Shown: positions 1 through 19,461 of the stretch, in pieces | Position numbering within the stretch: the first letter of the stretch is position 1 | Layout of the letters: each line of letters begins with the position of its first letter | From: Bugula neritina | Taxonomy: Eukaryota > Animalia > Bryozoa | NCBI GenBank assembly: GCA_964035545.1 | Contig: OZ037767.1 | Coordinates: forward strand, 5,472,707 to 5,536,706 | Reading direction: 5' to 3' | Length of the DNA stretch: 64,000 bases | Translations under genes and position numbers: made by a program | The notes under the pieces: generated by a model | What the model saw: the letters and a program-made list of their open reading frames with translations, nothing else | Databases searched by the model: none | Told to the model about the DNA's origin: nothing

Positions 1-2629
1 GCTTTTGATACAATATATGGCGTTATATAATATAATATTACATAACGTGGGTTATATGATGTAATATAATATACTGTTATATAGTTTAATTTAATATAAT
101 GCAGTATATAAGAAGGTTTGTTAAGTACGCAATAGCTCACATGTGCAAGATCTTTTTAAGCTTGTGTGATATTTTTGTCATATTCCACACAAAGAAATTA
201 ACTATAATTATACAACCAGGGATGCCAAAAACGTTAGTCCACTAAGTCAACTCTACTGTAGTATCCTGGGTAACTATATTTTATGACCTAAATAAATATC
301 ATGATTATGATATTATAGACATAACTCTGCAGATTATTGTATTAAAAGCACAGCTATTTACTTAGCAAAGCAAGGTTTGTACCGGAAAAAGTAAGGTTTA
401 CATCATTTCAATCCATTTTTTAAAAGTGTACGGTATATTTGGTAGAATTGTCTCATTTTATAAGTGATCGTACAGAGCAGTGCTTGGTATTTGAGTTTTA
501 CAACCTAACGCTATTTAAGCTCCGACACATACATACATATTATACAATGCTATCTATTTAGTAATAACCTTCATGCAGATAAAGTCTACAAGTTGCAATG
601 AATATTAAATAAAACAAGCTTTAAATCAATTTTTTTGTAAATCAACATAATTGTCATACAGAGACTTTTTTCTGTTGGCTATAACGATTTATGGCCATTA
701 CTCCAAAGTCACACCTTTGTGGACGTTTATTGCCCTGGTTACTAAAAGCAACAATCAACTAAATTGTAAACTACAGAAGCTTAGTATCAAACCCAGGCAG
801 ATCCTTCATATGAATCAACAAGAAGATGTTTTTAAGGACTAGAGTGTAGTCTACACCTGCTATTGTTGACTAATCACAGTATTTTTATTGAACTTCCTGT
901 TTGCCTTCAGAAGATAAACAGCTGACTGCACCAAAGTTAGTGCTGGACCAGTCTCCTATAAAAACTGAAGATACCTAAATTAAGTAGCCACTCAACTGTC
1001 AGTATTTCTGGTATTTCAGTTCTATTTTTTTATTTTACGTTATCAGTGTTTGTCAGCATAGACTTTGTACTTTTGGTACACCCAGTGACCACAAAAGGCT
1101 GTGTGTACTTTACAACTATGTGACATAGTACAAACAAGATGAAACGCTGATAATTTGCGTATCACTTATGAATACCAAAAACCTATATAGATTTTCACCA
1201 AATAAAAACACATACCAAAGTGCATGCATGCATCACTACCAAGATCAAACTAAGTACGTGCAACCATCACAAATGCATTACAGATTTTAAGTCTGAGAAT
1301 GAGCACAAACGCAATTTAAATATTGATGTGAATATCTCAATTTACAAAATTTAACCCTGAAAAGCTTAACTAGTTAAGCTTGTTTATGTTTTCACAATCT
1401 AAAATGCTAATTCAAAATAGTTTCAATAGCTATTCTTTCTGTTCAAAACCTATACAGTAACTATGCTAGATAATTTTACAGTCGACCTAAATTTAAAAAT
1501 AGAAATTATTGCTATAATTTAAATAGCATAAATTAGTTAAATACTATTGATGGTGAACACATACTTACAGTAACATTGGTAGTGAGTGAACACTCCGGTT
1601 AGAGGAAACAAGCTTTAGAAGAACCAGTAATCATATCCTAGATACTAAAGTGCATTTAGTAGCAAAATTACTTTCTACTTTTACTCCTCTCACACCAACA
1701 TATGGAATGTAAAATCTACCAGTACTTCCATATAATATCTAATTGTTTCGACATAAGAATCTATTGTTAATACTGTTGCTATTGGTTACCATTGGTATAA
1801 GTGATGTACCAACAGTTCATATATTTTATATATGGTAAAAATTTACATATATACACGCATTGCCAACTTATTTTCAATTATTACTTCATTAATAACCTGA
1901 TAATGCAATATGTTACAACGTAATGCGTAATGCACCATGAACATGAAAAGTATGGTACGGCTGGTTAAACAGCGGATTATGGAGATTAGGGTATTGTAAA
2001 GAACACAGGTTGGCATTTGAAATCATTTTGAAAAAGTTCACCTCATCTTTGATTAGTGCAAACATTTTTGAAAAATAAAGACAATGGTAATAAGTTATTG
2101 TCATGGGAATGTATGAATAATAAAGACTCTTGAAACATAATTGCATTAGTCTAGTGTTTTGGTAATCACAAAAATACTCTACTTTTGTCATGGTTATACA
2201 GAACAGTAAATAGACGTGTGCTATTGTACAACACTTGATTGGTGCATTTAGACAGCACAGTGATAGATAGTATTATATCTAGTTTCGTCAATCACCCCCT
2301 CCCCCCTTCCATCTTAAATAATGAAATCATTGAAACAAAACAGATACTATATATTAAATACAATGTCTAGAGTATAGACTGTTCAGGCTGTCCTACAATT
2401 TCAGCAAAACTGCAGAAAATTTTACTGCAGTTACCTGCCATCACAGGTCCTTGTCCTGCACATCTATTCCTTCACTATACCTAATTTTGTAACTTGGTTA
2501 AGTAACTAAAGTTATAAGTCTATTAGGCTGCTCATTACAATATGATTAATATATTTTATAACAGAAAAAACAACTAGTAAATCTATTTATCAATTAATAG
2601 GCATTAATATAACTGTCCAGGAGTGATAT

Positions 2630-2915
2630 GTACTATATACTACAGAGTATAGGCTATAGACTACAAAATATGGGCTATAGAGTGTATATAGTATAGGCTA
2701 TAGCTTGTAGAATTTATAAGCTATAGACTACAGAGTAGGCTATATGGTCCATATATTATAGAATATATGGACCATAGATTATAGAGTATGAACCATAGAT
2801 TATAGAGTATGAACCATAGATTATAGAGTATGGACCATAGACTACAGAGTGTGCATTGTATATTATAGAGTGTATGGGCTATAGATTAAATAGCGTATAA
2901 ACTATAGGGTATGAG
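2630..2915. repeat. Degenerate ~21-bp minisatellite (ACCATAGATTATAGAGTATGA-like)
   Basis: Three near-exact consecutive copies at 2771-2833, with decayed TATAGAGT/CTATAG units on both sides. Confidence 0.75.
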
Positions 2916-3237
2916 ATATAAAAGAAAATACTTTACAAGCAAGACATAAACTTGGATTGTGTTGATGACAGGGCATTAAAAAAATGTATCATATCAATAG
3001 TGGATTAAAAGGGTAAAAAGTTCTTTTTAAAAAGAATATATATCTAGCACATGCACATAAGACACCCATATCACACTAGAATTCTGCTGCAGATTCTTTT
3101 GTAGAGTGACAAAATTACATGTACTTGATTTTAGCTTTCTGACGGCATTCATTGTATCCACAGAGCAGTTAAGGTGTTGCTTATAATAGGTAGCCAACAG
3201 TTTATAATTCAGCAAGTCTTCTATGTATGAAATTGTA

Positions 3238-3356
3238 ACACAGAGCAATTGTGAGTGAATGCCCTTCCTGACGTAACCATTTGCTTTGCCGGTATTTGAA
3301 CTCATCACCTAAGGCTTACAAACCCACTGCTCCAACCACTAGACCAAACGGCTTCC
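3238..3356 (-). mobile_element. tRNA-derived SINE fragment
   Basis: Minus strand reads GGAAGCCGTT-TGGTCTAGTGG (Pol III A box) ... GAGTTCAAATACC (B box-like), then a non-tRNA body CAAATGGTTACGTCAGGAAGGGCATTC. No convincing acceptor stem. Confidence 0.6.
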
Positions 3357-4143
3357 TATTGTTGAATCATATTAATACAATAATACTCAAAACAAACTAA
3401 AAGCAAGACAATTTAATCCTCTGCCATTTATAATAATCATGCTGTTTGAATTCTTCACATCAAAGTAGAGTTATAATTTCAAAGAAAGAAAATTAAACTC
3501 GCATGGTATGAGTTCAGGTAACAGTACCATCACTATATAAGCTAAATGTGTGTTGCTTCTATAGATCTATTAAAACAATTACATTAAATTTGCCATGCAA
3601 TTATTTAACTTCTTTATTTTCTTTGCAACTGTTATAGCTGCAAAACCAGCAATTGTGCTTCATAAAACTCGATAATTACCGATCATGAAAGGATTTGTTT
3701 TGGAAGTGTTTTGCTTAATTAGCAATTATCATCTGACAATCATAAATTTATGTTTTAACTTATGTCAAATAAAATAATGAATTATATTAATATAATACAT
3801 AATTATGCAATAATAAGGAATTAAAATATAGATATAAAATAATGTTATTTTGTTTTACTATATAAGACTGCAGAACATGAGGAACATAAACCTGTATACC
3901 AATTGCACTCACAGCTGACAGTTTATGTGGAAAGACCATCACATTTTACTTGCCCAAAGTGACAATATCATGTGCCAATCAAAGCAAAGTCAAATACCTT
4001 CCTAATTATCACAACTCAAAAGTCTCATCAACAAATTTCTATGAATGTTTTATTTATGAAAGAAATAGGATGTATTTGTAAATCTAATAAGTAGAATGGC
4101 CTGTTATTGTTAAAGCTACATGAATATTTGGACACATGTGACA

Positions 4144-6686
<2,543 letters not shown>

Positions 6687-7278
6687 AGTGATAATAGAAT
6701 TAGATATCTCTTGCTTATTCAAGACGTTTTTGTGATAAATTTAAAACTATTGTAATCCGTTGAAAAAAAATCTGTTCACTGTGACAAGACTGTTACTCCT
6801 ATTGAAATAGTTAACTTATAACTAGTAAACTACACTCGGACTTTACAGTCACGGCGTGCGACTTTCAACAGCAATTTATCAATTGGTAATTACAAAACAA
6901 CTTTGCATAAGTTTGTAATAATCACAAAAAAAAATCGAAATTCATGTATTAATGTTCCCAGCAAAATTTGTAACTAATATGCTTGTAAACGTTCATACAA
7001 TATATTAATTAATTGTCAAAAGTATCACCGTTAGTATGTAATTTTTCAAATACAGCGGTGACCTCTTTAGCAGTTACTACAGTAACCAAGGTTGATGGGC
7101 GGAGCTCTATGATTTGTTCACACACACTATTGGGCGAAGAATTACTGATTTTCATCTTTGCTGTAAAAGTTTCAAAACTAATTTTCATTTTCCGCCTAGA
7201 GAACCAATTTTCCATCCACTACGATTGCTAACTCAGCAGTATCACCAATTTTTCAATCGTTCTGCCTATTTAGTTGTC
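6687..7278. promoter_or_regulatory. Putative bidirectional promoter (MORN2/POLR2I)
   Basis: Divergent ATGs ~590 bp apart. GC box GGGCGG 7097-7102, inverted CCAAT (ATTGG) 7129-7133, RFX X-box-like GTTACTACAGTAAC 7073-7086. Confidence 0.6.
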
Positions 7279-10005
<2,727 letters not shown>

Positions 10006-12221
10006 ATTGAAGCTGTCTGCTCATCACTATTTGTATATTATGTATAGTAAATGGCTGTTGTTTCTCTTCGCTAAAGTCTTGTACAATAATCTATTTGTTT
10101 TATTATTATTATTATGTTTTATTGTATTGCATTTCTTGTCAAGTGTTTATAAAAGTTTCACATCATCAACTTTTATTTCTTTTTTAGTCGTGTAACTGTA
10201 TAATAATATTAAATAATAAACGTAAACCTTTCTAGCTAAGTGCAGTTATTTGGTAATAATGTTATCATCTCTATCATGTTCAATTCTTGCATCTTATTTA
10301 CTCAGTCATCTTTCCTGGAAGTTGGTATTATTTCTCAATTATGAGTTATTAGTATTTTCACCAGTTCAAACAAAATTTCTCAATCAGTAATAAAGTTGGG
10401 CTTCTCGCTTTTTTGAAGCATATAATAATCTGTAATATTTTTACCTTTTATAGGAGAATGAATTATTAGGCGTTTAGAACTTGATAGATGTACAAACAAG
10501 GTGTCAATGTAGCAGTTGATACACATGTTGTCACAGTGTGACAATTACAACGGAACCATTTTCATGTTCTTTCTGTATGATTATTGGTCAATATTTGAAC
10601 TAAACTTACTTAGGTTCTTTTATTGATTTCCTTGTGTCAAGCAAAATGTTAAATTTTTAATTTGGTTTGAAAATTTGTTTTGTAGCTATTTTAGTTCGAT
10701 TGCAAACTTGGCGTAAACATTATGTATATTAATTGCTGTCAGAAACTAGATCATGTGTTGGAAATATTAATCTACCTGAATACATTTTATTGATATGTTT
10801 GTTGTAGATAATAATAGTTTTAAATTTCAGGGTTATTGCATTATTTTAAAGAATGTGATTCTAATTACATGGCATCTAAATGAGATTAATAATACAGCAA
10901 TTTGCACGTATATTTTGTATATTGTAAAACCACTTGAATTGAGCAAATTATAAATTTTGCAATAACATGCACTGCAATCATTGTATGCAAGAGTTGCATC
11001 AATAATACATAATACATGTAACACAATAATACATGTAACATACAATAATTCCTGACTCTTCTATCCTAACTGTATGATTCTGTGCCCTACTCACTGAGTC
11101 ACATATTGTTATATATACCCCTAAAAAAGATGCGTTTAATTTGTAGCTTAAGCTTAAAATTTACAGATTAATCACTGTTCACCACAATATTGCTGAAGTA
11201 GAAATTGGCATATAATAAATTTCCATATAATTAGAAACTAACTTCGAATAATCTATTCAAATCATGCTTATTATTTACATGCATAGAAATTCTGTCACCA
11301 TTCATGTCAGCTGTTAGGATAACTCCTGAGTTGCCACCTATTCTACAAACATTCACAATATGATAAACAAATTTATCAAAACATTAGAGTAACCCATACA
11401 ACTAATTAAAACATAGTTGGTACAATAGTTGTCTATATTGTATTGTAAATTGGAATTTATCACTCATAATATACAATTTATCTACAAATAGTATATTAAC
11501 CAAAATTATTATAAACAGCATTCATATTTCTATCTAAGTTAACATGCAAAGGAATATGATGGTAAAGACTTTGATGTGTTATGTAACCAGAGACTGCAGT
11601 TATTTGGCTATAATGTAATATGTAATATTTTTCCTTGAGCCTCTCTTATTTCTCTGCCTTGCAAAGAGTATTGTAACAATTACACTGAAAAACTGGTTAT
11701 AAGATTATTATATATCCAGGCTATAATGCGTTAATAGAAAAGGGAACACTAAATAACAACAAGTATGTGCCTCAAATTGTTTTTTCTCCCAGCAAACTTG
11801 GTCACTGCTTATGATTGTATTATGCATTACCTCTTACAATTCATTATGTGAGGCAATTCACTAAAAACTCACAACTTTTCTATGGGGCTGCTATGTACAC
11901 AATGAGTTTAGCGTCAGGGGGATGTAGTTTTGTGCAGAGAGTTTATGCATAGGCGCCAAGAAAACTTTTTAATATTGTCAAATGTATTGTCATCATTTGC
12001 GTTGCTTATGAGTATTGAGGTAACATGCCTGCTTTCTTTACATTATCCTTTTAAACAATACCTATACAAGGTTTGTGCTTATGTTTTTTATTAAACATTC
12101 ATTGAAATTCTATAGAATCACAAATCACAGCCAAGGAATCTCTTTAGCATAGTGAGACATACAGCAAAATATCGCTACAATTATGGTATGATGTAGGTGT
12201 GTTATGAATTAAACCTTAAAA

Positions 12222-12464
<243 letters not shown>

Positions 12465-13133
12465 AGGGGGGAGAGTAAGCTCTAGAAGTGTTACAATGAA
12501 ATGTCATTAACATTTTCAAAAGCACTGAACTTTTTATTTTTAGTAGACAATGTGTTCAAAGCCTTTCTATAAGCCTAAGGTTTAAATGCAAATACTAGTA
12601 ATATAAAACTAAACTTTAATGTTACTGCTTTTAGTCTATATTTAAGCTAAAGCTCCAAGAGCATATACATCTTGTATTCTTCTTCATTATGACCCAACAG
12701 TTAAGCACAAAAGAAATTTTAAATACTTCATAACAATGCATAAACTAAACAATGAAAAACTAATTTGCTTTGTGTTTACAAGTTTTCCTAAGAGGTCTAC
12801 AAACCAACTATTAAAATTGATGATTTTTTGGCAAAAAGAACCTTTATCAGACTTTTTCTCAAGTTTTTTGTTTTACGAATACTGCATTTCTTTCTGCTTT
12901 GATGTTGTTTAAGTATGGTCGGTGACACACCATGCGGCTGTACGTCTTTTGTCCCATATACAGCACTTGAACGCTAAACAATTAAAACGAAACTGGCTGC
13001 TCAAAAAGAAACCACTAGAATAGTTTCAAAAGCATCGTATAAAAGCTGGCATAGCCTGCAGATCGTCATAGTTCAAATAGCGTCGCTGTTAGAAAGAACA
13101 TTTGAGATAAAACTGAACAACAAAAGCATCAAA

Positions 13134-16100
13134 ATGCCTCTTTCCACAACTAGCTGTAGCGATGAGAGCACTGCAGGCAGTCCAATACTAAAGAGTCCAA
13201 AACTAGAAGGTAAGAAAGTAACTTCATACGCTAAACAGGTATGATAACTGTATACCTCAGTAAGACTTAGGGTGGTGATCATTCTCAATTAAAATACATG
13301 TTTCAAAATACAAGTTGATTGAAGCTTAGCGAGAATAAATGGAACCAACTATTAATGCATTTACAGTTCAAAACAAGCTTAAACTTTCAAAAATTAGTGT
13401 GTGGGGCTTAATAATTATAAGTGGCTGCCAAAACTTCTATTTGATATCAGCCTTATTATAGGTAACATGTAGCTAGTATAACAACATGTTAGTAGTATTA
13501 GTAATTACTAAATGCTATAGATTTTCTAAACTTTTTTTTCTACTTCTTAAAAACACAAATTTACTGTTAAAATAAGTGTATTAACTTTAAGTGGAACATG
13601 AGGTTATGAAAAACAAATGTTATATGACATAGATCCGGCTGGCAGAGTTCCACAAGATGGGGAGTCAATCTGCTTCTCTCCAGAACAGATAGCCTGTGTA
13701 TGTGAAGCTCTACAGCAATCAGGAGATGTGGAAAGATTGAGTCGCTTTCTCTGGTCCCTTCCTCCCAGCGAGCTTCTGCGAAGTAATGAGTCAGTCCTTA
13801 AAGCCAGAGCAGTGGTAAGCATATTATGTTACTTTTATTTAACATATCAGAAAATTAGCAAAATAATTTGTTTTTTAAAAGTTTGTCCGGTTATATTAGA
13901 AATTGGCTCTCTAATTTTCAAAGATGACGAATATGTCACAATTTCACCATTATCATGCATAAGTAAATAGTTATATTAACATATACATTTATGTGTCGTA
14001 GATACTTGAGTATAATTTGGTTTAAATTATAGCTCCTAATTCTGTTAAAGCAACCAAATTATTAACAAAAGTTTATGCGTTTGTGTCAAAAGTTTATGCC
14101 TTTGTATTTTTGCTTTGATAAATGAGTTTAAAAGTGTTTGTGACAGCGTTGTCAATAATAAACAGAAGTAGAATATTAAATTAATTAAGTTGTGAGTTAG
14201 ATCTTACGTTACCATAACATTTAGCAAACCCCTTACACTAAGTTTTAATATAGCTTAGTTATAATGGTGTAAAGCATCACTGTATTTAAAGGCACAATAC
14301 ATAATAGGTATTATGCCTATAAATACAGTGATGCTTTACACCATTACATCATTATTAGATATAATATACTCCTATATTATATTTATAAACAATATCTTCA
14401 TTTTTAAAAAATAATTATTTGTTTAATTTGTTAAAGCTTTGAAGGCGGTTGTTCCATTTAAATTTAAGATGGTACTGTTTAAAATTTAGTTTGATATTTT
14501 TAGTAAATCTATTGATTTAGCCTTAACATATGCCATGTAATATAGTACCTGTACGTAATATAGCATAATATAATAAACGAGAACAACAATTAGCATATAA
14601 GAGAAAACAAGTAAATAACGTAATATAAAACGTGTGCATCATATATGCATCCAATAGCAACATTTTTTTGTTTTAACGTAATAATTACTTTAGTTTTATG
14701 TTTCACCCATTCATCAGCTATGCAAACTACTGTATGTGTAAAATCTATTTTTAATTATGGTAATTATATGTCTATTTGATACACTCTTTATTTATAATTT
14801 TATAGAGGAAGTTTTTTTGTATGTAATGTCATGTAACAGAACTCTAACACGCATATGTACCAGAAGTTACCATGATTAGTATATCATATATATATATATC
14901 ATTATTATCCCATGGTCGAGTGTAAACTTTTTAACACAGATAAATTAAAATGCATTTTAGTTTGTTTAACTTATTTCACTTTCGGATGTTTGTTTCCACT
15001 TTATTCTGCTAAATTTCTGTGGTGTCACTTTGGCGTAGAAGTTTGACATTTTCAAGAGTGGCATTGTAAAATATATTCAATGTAAATAGCCATTAACTGA
15101 ACAACCAAATCGATACAGTGAGATATTTAGTTGAGTAAATATTGCAAGACAAAATACTATTGTATGAGGTGTGCTCATACCTTTTATCACAAGTCACACA
15201 AATTAACTGCTCTTATTTGTGTTTCATTTTATTCCATACGAAGCTATTGAAATTTCCAAATCTCAAGAAAACTGTTCTCTAAAACAGGGTTTTTCAAACT
15301 GCATAACAACATTATTACTACTATAAAAATAAACTTCAGATGCTAGCCAGTTGCGGTGGAAGATATAATTGTAGACCAAGTGAGTTTGGTTTGGCAACTC
15401 GCGCAAGGTGCACCATCTACTTGAGTTTGTATGCATAGCTGTGACTGCCCTCTTCACATTCAATCATTATGAATATAATATTTAATTTTAAAAGTTTGAT
15501 AGCCCTGAGGAGTGTGACCATTCCCTACACTTCAACTTGGTTCATCATGATTTGCCTGCTGCGTGTAAACAACGCAATTCTCCAGTTATTGACTCAAGAC
15601 CATTCTACAATTATTTACTCATAACTAGTATGTGACAAATTTGAGAGAGTTGATACAATTGAAATGATTTTGTTTGATTTTTGCAGCTGTATTAGTAATA
15701 CATAAATATGTTTTGATATATGAAGCAGGTGTAATGCAGGTAACACTTTGATTGCATATCAAATAATTGTCACCTATGCACAGATTTTATGTAAATTGTA
15801 GCGAATTCCACTGGAAATGAATTCAGGCTGAGCTTCTCAAATTTATTTACATTTGAATGTAACTAATTATTCAAAAGTTTATGATATAAGATGCAATGTA
15901 ATATAGCAACGGTGTAAACAGTATTTGCATTCTATAATGCCTCAATCACTATACCAACCATGCACAAGATAGAATAATATAGGTGGTTGAAATATAATTG
16001 AATATCTAATTAAAAATATGATCATAAGTTTTACAAATTTATAGTAAAGCAACATTATAACCTATTGGCCTATTGTATTTACTATATCATAATAATATGC

Positions 16101-19100
16101 TTATGCTACTGTAGCTTGTAATGGATGGCTAATGTCTAATTCCATATGACATAACGATATCAATAATGACTCTATTATAGTGCCACTTGGTTAATCAGGA
16201 AAGTTATTATAAGTTTGTAAAAGGTAAAAAAGTGGGATTGTTCTTATACCAGTGCTAGCAGTCTTCTGCATTCAAATTTAAAATAAACTAGCTTCCATAT
16301 TTACCATATGCTGAAATGTTATGCAACATTTCAATATTTGACTACCAGAAAATATTTATCATACATTTAAATTACTTTACAATACACATGATCTAATGTG
16401 AACCTATCTATAAACCATAAGAATAAATATATGTCTTGCCTGGACTAATATACATTAATACAGTGATCAGCATACCATTTTTCATATACATTAAATGTAT
16501 TAGTTATATTATTTATTTGCAGGTGGCTTTTCACAGATCTGATTTCAGAGATTTGTACGCTATACTGGAGGGACACAACTTTGACTCAGTAAACCACCAA
16601 GTGCTGCAACAAATGTGGTACAAGGCACACTATATAGAGGCAGCCAAAATTAGGGGTAGACCACTTGGAGCTGTTGATAAGTATAGGTAGGCTATTGAAA
16701 TTTAATTTAATGCTTGGAAAGTCTATCTATTAGATAAATCTATGCTCAGTCTGTTAACCTTTTAAGCAAAAGCTAAAAAAGCATAGCACATGATGCCTTT
16801 AAAATTGTACAATATATTTCATTATCATTATTTACAGTTTTATATAGTGTTTATAGTAGAAAAAATATAATTCTGTACTAACAATAATAAAACATTTGAA
16901 GTCTACTCGTTTAATGAATTTATTGTTTTTATAACAGAATTAGACGAAAATACCCTTTGCCCAAATCAATCTGGGATGGTGAAGAAACTGTATATTGTTT
17001 CAAAGAAAAATCTAGGCAGGCACTGAAAGAGTGTTACAAACAAAATAGGTGAGCCGTTTCTAGCAAATTCAATTCAAATCAAATAAAGCCTCTTTTATTA
17101 AAAAATAAATATCAAGCTGGTTTACTTTTCTTGTTGCTTTTTCATTGTCTTTCTTGTTGCCTTTCTTGCTTTATTAGTAAAAGAATAAAATCCTGTTTTC
17201 ACTACGATGATTCAGAGTAACAAGTGTTGTCTTTGTCAGATTGACTAATATACCATCTGGTTTTAGCGACAAAGTAATTATGCTGAATAATTATCGGCTA
17301 AATTAACATAATATATTTACTGCTGTGCTTTGCTCTCTCACTGGTAGTCATATGTGGACAGGTTTTTGTCTAGTCGTCTTATTTATTCATGTTTCTGTTT
17401 GATATGGTAACTGATATTAAGAATAAGTAATTAAGTGGCAATATCCAGAAGGCCTATTCCTCACATTATATAAAAGGAAACAAAGAAAATATTGAATGAT
17501 TAGTAGTATATAACCTGGGTGAGTAGAGCCCACAGCTCACTAATAACTGCCTGTTTGTATGACTCAGATACCCAACACCAGAAGAGAAGAGAGGTTTAGC
17601 TAAGAAAACTGGACTGACACTTGTCCAAGTTAGTAACTGGTTTAAGAATAGACGTCAACGAGATAGGGCACCCCCCATGCCACCCTGTCCAAAGTGAGTA
17701 TTTTTACAAGTGAAATTAAGTTATTATTTCTTCAAACTTAGGTGAAGGGTGAATGTGTTGGCAATGGTTTTAGTATCATAATACATAAAAATGATAGCTA
17801 TTGTAATGCAAAAATAAATTTCATTTTGAGTAGAAGGAGCTAAGGATGTTAAAACATGCCAAGTTAAAATGTACAGATTAATTTAAAGGTATATAGAAAG
17901 TTGCAAACTTTAGGCTTCTTCAATATAGTCATAAAACTGTAATTGCTGCTCAAAAGCAAATAAGAAAGATAGAAGATTTTAAATATTCGTAACTAAAGGT
18001 GTCTTAGAGTTGTTTTCCTTAGAATGGCACCATGATACCAACACCTTGTAAATGCTATAAATAGAGAGTCCAAGTTTCATCCTCTCTATTTCACTTTTTT
18101 TCACCAAGACAACAACAGTATACGAAAGCATCTGGGCTTAACACAGGCTCGAGTATTTACTAACTAAAACTTCTAAACTGAAAATCAGTTCTTTTACTAC
18201 AGCAACAGCAATTAAAATTCACACAAAATTTGTTTATACTCTATTCGCTAGCAATATATAGTTGGAGTTTTGGGAAACTTATTATTAGTTTATGTTATCT
18301 GACTTTTTCTGTAGTCTAGATCTAGTGACAGCCACAAGTATGCAGCTAACTCTTTTTCTTCTCTGGCTGCTCATCTTTCTCTTAGATGCAAATCTCAGTA
18401 ATAGCAGCAACTCCATTTGTTATTACTGGCTATTAAAATTCCTGCGATATGATTTTGCCAAGACTATTAACTCTAAATGGTTTACAAAGATAATAAACCG
18501 TCTGATTACATTGTGTCATGATACGCCATTCTCCAATACAACAGTGGAAGATTACATTTCTTGTATCATATTGCTTATTTTGCGTAGTGGTAAAGTGATC
18601 ATGACATGCTGAACTAATACGAAACTATTCGCTGTAACAAACGCTTGATCACATTTCAAAAACATTGTCTGTATGCAATGTAGGTCGGTGCCTCTCTTAC
18701 AAACTCGTACAATAGAGTACAGAAATGCATTGACAAAAACAACAATGCTTTCGATACTATCTGTCTTTCTAAAAAGCAACCAAAACTTTAGCTAGAGACA
18801 GTGCTAGTGTTTTGAAATCGCGATGCCTTATTCATACGCACAATAGGTTTCTAAATAATCAAAGAATAGAAAGGGAGGAGATGGTTAACCAACGTGTTCC
18901 TTTCTTGTTATTATGTAGAAAACCATAAAACACATGCAGTGAATTAAATTACTTTCTACATGAAGATTTGAGTACTATTTCAATGTTTAAAGAGGAAATG
19001 CCGCTTATAATTAAGTTTTTATAGTTTGACGTTCAAAACACTTTTATGTTTGGCGGCAAAGGAAATATATTTTTAAACTGTCTATGGACACTTGTGCTAC

Positions 19101-19461
19101 CTTTGATTTAACTTCTTCCTAACTTTTGTAATAATTTTGCTTTAAAGAAAACTATTTTAGCAATCAAAGATTTTTTAAACAAACTCATGCATTTCCTTCA
19201 ATTAGTGGAGTTCTTTGCTTAAAATATTGCAGTTTTTGTGGTGCAATGGTTTAGTTGTTTCTAATAAGATGTCTATGTTGTAGTGATCTGAGGTTGGGAG
19301 ACGGGAGACAATACGGAATACACACACCAATGGGATATCCTATGTTAGACCGAGAGCACGAGTTCTCACGCAAAATGATGGACAGTTATCGACCGCAGAT
19401 GCAATACATGCAACAGGGTTATGTGCCTCACTCGGGCTATCCTTCACATTTACAATGTTGA
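13134..19461 (+). CDS. Six4/5: SIX-class homeobox protein, Six4/5 subfamily (~278 aa, 6 exons)
   Basis: Exons 13134-13209, 13633-13814, 16523-16686, 16938-17048, 17568-17693, 19284-19461. Six domain [30 protein letters not shown]...[39 protein letters not shown], then homeodomain with ETVY (diagnostic for Six4/5) and [14 protein letters not shown] (K50). Exon 1 and the exon-2 acceptor are less certain (in-frame alternative AG at 13601-13602). Confidence 0.93.
14262..14346. repeat. Near-perfect 85-bp palindrome (hairpin) in Six4/5 intron 2
   Basis: TAATGGTGTAAAGCATCACTGTATTTA pairs perfectly with TAAATACAGTGATGCTTTACACCATTA; the stem extends to ~39 bp with 2 mismatches. Confidence 0.85.

Noticed and set aside
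15505-15545. CTGAGGA hammerhead-like start
   Set aside because: No GAAA or UH elements follow a stem II.
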